Below are positions 57,599 through 64,000 of a DNA stretch of 64,000 nucleotides, piece after piece (the first letter of the stretch is position 1; each line of letters starts with the position of its first letter). Where the stretch lies: the NCBI GenBank assembly GCA_002633005.1, contig NMRA01000130.1, forward strand, positions 553,065 to 617,064, given 5' to 3'. The stretch comes from Phoronis australis (taxonomy: Eukaryota > Animalia > Phoronida). Position numbers and translations under genes: made by a program. The notes beneath the pieces were generated by a model. That model was given only the letters and a program-made list of their open reading frames with translations, was not told the origin of the DNA and searched no databases.

Positions 57599-60567
57599 AT
57601 AGATGTAGGACACAAGAGATGTATGTCCAACTTCCCAATGCCATACCTCAGAGATGGCTGATTAGATTCATAACAAACATTCACATATTATGCTTTATGA
57701 ACTGTTCTGCAAAGCACTGTTGGGAATTGTTTTAAATATTCAACTTTTGCATGAGAAGCTAGGTGTCTTACGACTAATAAAGTTTTACAAAATAACGGAA
57801 TGGCACCTTATGAAACTGTTATGGACTTTTGAGATTTCATCTTTAACATTTGCCATATAGTGAAAGAAATTTGGTCTTGCTAGTGCTTTGCTATAAATTA
57901 CTTTTTAACTATGCTGTATTTTAAGACATGTTCACATGGCCCACCTGACAACAGATTGCTATCAAATCAAAACTCACTTTCTCCAGGCTTTCTTCTCTCA
58001 GGACACATCTCCATTTAGTGAGTTCAAATACATAAACATATATTTTTATAAATATGGCAAAATGATCAGACAAGTGGATTACGGTTCGACATAACATGAT
58101 AGACTAGGACAAGCATGACTGTGAAAAGACCAGTAGCCACGACCACATACTGGGTTCACGTGAGTGGCAAAAACGCTAGCAAATTTTCACAGGTTAAAAT
58201 GTTACCTTTAAGCCAGACTGACATGCTTACCTGGTATGCATAATATAACAAATTCCAAGTGCCTACCATGAGTGTACCAGATACCCCTGCGTCTTCTAGG
58301 AAGACCTGAAGATGGCCAGAAATAAATGACCTGACCAAAATGCCATGTCAACGTGAATAGGCTAGAGGTTGTTTTAAATACACTAAGGTATTTTAAACAC
58401 GGTGTTACTACACCACCTCAATAGAGTTTTAGGAACTTAACTCCTCTTAATTAAAATAGGTCGATTAAATTGCGGAATTACGCAACTACCCTGCAATGGG
58501 AAAGTGGTGGGAATACTTGCTAGAGGTCCCGGCATGCAACACAAGGTATTCAATCGAGATAGTGAATCTACTACGCCATCTAGTGCTTAATCTCTGGAAC
58601 TAATGTAATCTCTGATGTCGCTACCAGAGGAGCTAATGGGAGAGTAAGGGGAGTTATGAGGGAGTTGCGACAGACCAACGGGAAGACAACGTAACTTTCA
58701 ATAACATAGACACATGAACACCCCTGCATATCTTCAATTTAGATTTCCAATCATTATTCAAGATTTCCATAGAAGTCATTAGGAAGTTTATCAACACTAA
58801 CGAACCAGAAGGAACGCGGCTACAGGGGTCAACTTGGCATTCTGTAGCTTACCAATGCAACATCAGATTTTGTTTGGCAAGCTGGTAAAAATCAAAAGTT
58901 GATACGCCTACATCCGAGCATGTGCTAAAAAAAGCTACGACAAGTAAACAGACGTTTTTTTCCGGAAACGCCCGTTTGTGATTGATGCACAGACAACATG
59001 TCTCGAGCTGGATAATGGACCTGGTGGGAAATTGGTGATTACAGAGCAAACAATTTTATTCCATATTTTCCATTAGACTACAAAAAAATAAAAAGAACAT
59101 TGTCCAGGTGATTTTGGGTATTCCGCCAGACATCTGCATAGTGTTGAGGCATGCATTCACCAAACTCTACACATTAGGAGTGGATTTATAATGCACAACA
59201 ATTTCCGATTAAACTGGTTTTTAAAAGATTTTTATAAAACATGCCTGAAAATAAGAACACCACACTAATAACCAAGTAACATAAAACTGTCGCTTATCCT
59301 AGAGGGGAAATGCAACACGCTGAAAGCAATCAGTTGATTTAAAAGCTAGAAACTGACATGTGCCATTTCAAATTGTCCATGCAAACAATTACGCACAGTG
59401 AAAGTAGTCAGGTGATCAGTAATTGCATTAAAGCACACCCAAGTTGTGCTTCATCAGCCGGCAAGGGTACAATAAGCTATCATTCAATAAAAATCTCTTG
59501 ACACTGAAACAATCTATTATGAACCCAGTCCATGGTTTTAGCATGCGTTGTTATGAATGCCTAAATGCCGTATTCCAAAAATAAGAACAAAGGGTTTCGC
59601 TTAAAAACAAGAACGAAATCCGTGATCCAAAGAGGGTATTCATAACAATGCTAGAACCGTCTGAAGAAAAGAAAAAAGAGAAATTACGGTAACCTTTTTG
59701 ACACAACGGTAATTTACAAGCTAGTTTGCAAAACCTTAACCTAAATTTTCAAGAGGGAGAACTCAAAATTCCAGCTGGGTACAATTTATCACTATAAACT
59801 CCACTGAATGATGTACTTATATACATAACTGTTATGGCCCAGGAGTATTACACAAATAATTATGCAACAACTGAATAATGGCTCAACCATTGATCTCAGG
59901 GTTTTGTATGGGTTGATCCTGGAGTATTGGAAGGTCAGCAGGAATATTGGATAATCTAGTTATCCAACTATGATCCCTAGAAGCAACCATTGCATAATTG
60001 ACCTTTATGTAAAATAGTATGATACAACCACCACTACCACGCACTGACCCAGTTTGAAGAATTGGGCATTGACCCAGTTTGAAGAATTCCGACTAATGAT
60101 TGATCAGGAGCAAAGAGTGATCGTCCTAGACATCAGTGAGGTGAAGCCCAGACACAGTTCTCTACAATTCGATTTTGGCCAACAAGCAAAATAGTTTCAT
60201 CAAACTGAGTCCAGAAATTGTCTGAGGTGTTTTTTCTTTTGACACAAAAACCCAGGGTGCAAATGTGAGATCTAGCAGATTTCTGACACATCTGAGACAT
60301 AGCACAGTACATACATAGGACTTGATTAACTTTCAAAGGTTCGAGAAGTGGTTGGTTACCTAGTCAGCCCTGGCCTATGCATAATCACAGTGAATGATGA
60401 CGGGTTGTTCTACCAGGAGACATCTCTCTCTAAAACAGGAAATTGCCGCAACAATGCATATGCTGGTTCATGATGTAGGCCATTAGCTGTGCACTCTGGC
60501 AAACAAACTTTAAGCTTTAATGTTCTGATAAACCTTAAGTTCATTCCACACAGCCTACCCTAGAAAA

Positions 60568-61228
60568 CTTGAGTGCTGTCCACACACAGACTTATCCCAA
60601 AACACCTGGAACGAGTTGTCGCTAGGTTTAAGGGCTGTGCGGACGGATAGACGGATGGACGGACGGACACTATTTAAACTAACGTAACTTATCCCACATG
60701 TGACAACTTACTATATCTTATCGAGGTAGGGTAACTTGTTCTAAGGTAACTTACGCCACTTCTAATCATTGTGTGGTCACAAAACTGGGGTAAGAGACAA
60801 GTATATAATCATCATCTGCGCTAATATACAGACGGATTTTCTTTTGCGCGCCGTACTCTCGTTAGCCGTTCACCGTCACGCAGAGAGCGACAACTTCCAC
60901 CTTACCTTAGTTATCAGATACGAGGCAACTTACCCCAATTTTAAGTGAAACGTCCACACATATTTATATCCCATAACTAGGATGAGGAGGAAGTTGCCGC
61001 TCTGTGCATGACAATGACCGACATACGCGAATGAAGAGGCAGCTGATAATTACTTCCACCTTACCCCAGTTTTGAAGCCACACAATGCTTAGGAGTGGCG
61101 CAGGTTACCCTTGAACAAGTTAGCCCACCTCGATAAGGTGGGGTAAGTTGCACTAGTTCAAATACTGTCCGCATAGCCTCTAAACCTAACTTGTTCTAAG
61201 GTAAGTCTGTCGGTGGACAGCACTCAAG
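60568..61228. mobile_element. ~660-bp palindromic (foldback) MITE
   Basis: CTTGAGTGCTGTCCAC...ACAGACTTA pairs with TAAGTCTGT..GTGGACAGCACTCAAG. Inner pairs are CTTATCGAGGT.GG.TAACTTGTTC / GAACAAGTTAGCCCACCTCGATAAG and GAGCGACAACTTCC / GGAAGTTGCCGCTC. A (GGAC)n insert sits at 60640-60668. Confidence 0.85.
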
Positions 61229-64000
61229 ATGTGTCACAATCGCGAAATCTGACTATCCAATTTGGCATTCATTCAAAACTGTAGACGGCTGCAAGATCAG
61301 TATTACGAACTGCCTCCTATGCCAGCGAACTGCATGAAATTATACAATTTAGGTAGCACTGAAATAATACCTGCACGAGGTGGTGATGGAGCCAAAGAGA
61401 ACAACACAATCCAACTTCACAACCACTCCACATCAGATGGAAAATAGACAAGTAAACCTCTACTTCTAATTCTGAACCAAAAAGAAACCGATTTAGAATA
61501 TGGATGTAGGTAGAGAGCAATGACGGGCCCAAATTTGTTACACAAGCTGGATGAACGACAGTCCTACATGAAAAATGATCAACTCGCCACTGTTACGCCA
61601 CAACGCTCCAATGTGCAGGGGAATTGTAGCTTCCTGTTCGTTTTCAGTTTACGAAAATTATTTTGGGGAAAAATTAACAGGAAGTTACGGGTTAATAAAC
61701 CAGGCAGCACGATTTCAGTTTCTTGGTCATTCATTTCACAATCGGCCTGCGTTGTTGAAAAAAGTGGCATATAACTGGACTTTTGTCTAACAAATTTCTC
61801 AGCAAAAATAACTTTTTAAAAGAAAACTTCACAGGAAATTATTGACTAACAAATATCACCCAATTTGGACAAAAATCATTGGTCTTTTTTAACTTGTAAC
61901 AACTTTATCACAATTAAATGCCAACAATTTATTGAATCATTGTCTGATACTAACCATGGTATAGAACTGCAAAATGATAAAGGCATTTAGTTGGTACTAG
62001 TAACAAGGGTGCCGAGCCCTCTTTAAATTCCACCACTCTCATTTCGGTCTTCATTTAATTTGTTTAGCCAGGAAATGTTTACCTGCACTCTTTTGGAAAT
62101 CATTGCTTCGCACAGAAGCTGCTTTTGATGTCTGCAGTAATCAGGCTTGATAGCTTAAAGTGGGGATCATTTTAGAAAAATGCATGGTGTGGGATTAATT
62201 GACCTGCACAGACTCAAGTCTATGGGACAATCTGGAGGACCTATGGGCCATGTTATTTTTTTGCCCTTTTCGCTTCCTATTTTAATGGGCCCAATGGCCC
62301 AATCTTCCGAATCAAGAAAAAAAATTCAGCTTGAATTTAGTTGTGTAGAGACTGTCTTAAACACGAAAAGTTTTACTGTATGATATGCAAAATTTTTTGC
62401 CACACTTCATGGAAAGCAAGGTAATATTATTCAAAGGTATAAATGAGAGTGTATTGATGTTGTGGACTCGTGATCAGATTTATAACCTCAGCAAGCACCA
62501 AATGGAAACTGATTTACACTTTTACTCACACTCTCTGGTTTATAGTCAGTGAGTTCAGAAAAACAAAGCAGACACAGTTCATTGATTACAACGTTAAAAG
62601 GCCAAAGCATAAAAAATGCTCACCAGTGGTTACTGATTTTCAAATGTAACACTTTTCTAAGAGGAAAATAATGTTACAAAATTTGAAAATGAACGTTTAA
62701 CAATAACATGATACATGACAAAGGCATGGTAGCCACTATCAAAGGCACCTTTTAATGAGCCAGAAGTGGTCCTGAAAATCCTATTAATCAACGAATGTTT
62801 TCAAGCAATATTTTTCGAAGCTGGGTGCCAAGGCAGGTGTTAAAGACAATACGAAATAGACAGATCAAACATTTAGTACTCACATTTACAAATTTAACAG
62901 GAGGACCCTCTTGCAGCAGATCCAAACGAAATGAAATCACAACTCTTCATAACCCAGTCTCAAATGTTAAAAAGAATCTAATGCATCAGATGTCTCTTAA
63001 ATTCAAAAGCATGCTTTTCTTGAAAAAAATTCAAATAGGTTCCAAAACTGGCGCATGCTTTTCATCAATTCATTGAATTTTATAATTATTTAATCTTAAA
63101 CAGAAACAAAGTCAAACTTTGCTGTTCAATGCTTGGACACATGGACAAATATGTGTAGAGACAAGGTAAAGACTTAAAACTTGCCACCCTACCACTCAAT
63201 CATAGTCAGCTCGCCTAGAACTGCCAATGAACATGTTGCGGAAATCGAGTCGAGTAATGCGGCAATTTTCGAGAAAGGGAAACAGAAGAAAAGGCCAGTT
63301 AACAAAAGCATAAAAAATCTCTTGGCATTGCCTTTTATACCAACCAGATATTATTTGAAATAATTTTCCATCCCATACCGCCCATTACATGTGGAGATAA
63401 TCTGACCCAGTATCAGTTAAGAGTAATGGCAATTATACAAGCTAGTGTTGGCTTATGAACAAATAGTGACCTACAATGCACAACAAATGCATCAGAACCA
63501 TCAAATGTTTTTTGACTTGCCATGCAACAGGAATGAGCTAATGAGATACAAAGCGCGCTGATAAGTCATGACTTCTACCAGAGCAATGCCACAATTTACA
63601 AATTCTAACCTCAAATGATACACTACCAGCTCCTCAGCCTTAAAATGAAAAACACCAACACACAACTCTACAGCAATGGAGTGTAACACATCCCATGTCT
63701 TCGGTCACACGCACTGCTATCCCAGCACTCACAAGGACATAATAAAGCACAAAAATTGATACAAAGTGTCCCTTAGATGACCTCTACTACCAGGTAATTT
63801 GTGTCAGTATAATTACTTCAGCTCACAATGCCTCCCAATTACACCGCAATTAGACTTCTTTGTTTCCAGGCAACATCCTGAATTTCGTATGGTAAACAGG
63901 AAGATGGACTTCGTTGGTAGCTCAACTCCGAAGCTGTTCACTTCATAGGGGGATTAGGGGAGAGGGGGTAAAAGGGGAGGAAGGCGATTAGGGGAGGGAG

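Overview
AT-rich metazoan (invertebrate-like) genomic DNA with spliceosomal introns. The ORF track is mostly noise apart from exon fragments. Two convergent protein-coding genes can be rebuilt exon by exon from GT-AG sites. (1) On +, a eukaryotic uridine phosphorylase (UPP1/UPP2 family): 7 coding exons at 5168-21956, with the start-codon exon unresolved. (2) On -, a complete SPOP/roadkill orthologue (MATH-BTB-BACK plus C-terminal NLS): 8 coding exons at 47367-30968, 386 aa, with several candidate 5'-UTR exons further upstream. The rest is intron/UTR sequence rich in repeats: a decayed intron-containing hAT transposase, Harbinger-like and Tc1/mariner-like MITEs, foldback palindromes, tRNA-derived SINEs, a Helentron/DINE-like element and minisatellites. 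A single N at 31675 marks a probable haplotype-overlap assembly artefact. I found no convincing new multi-gene system. The best leads are regulatory: a tandem array of duplicated splice donors plus overlapping uORFs in the SPOP leader, a SPOP-degron-like motif in SPOP's own N-terminal extension, and an unusual active-site junction in UPP with a competing NMD-type acceptor.
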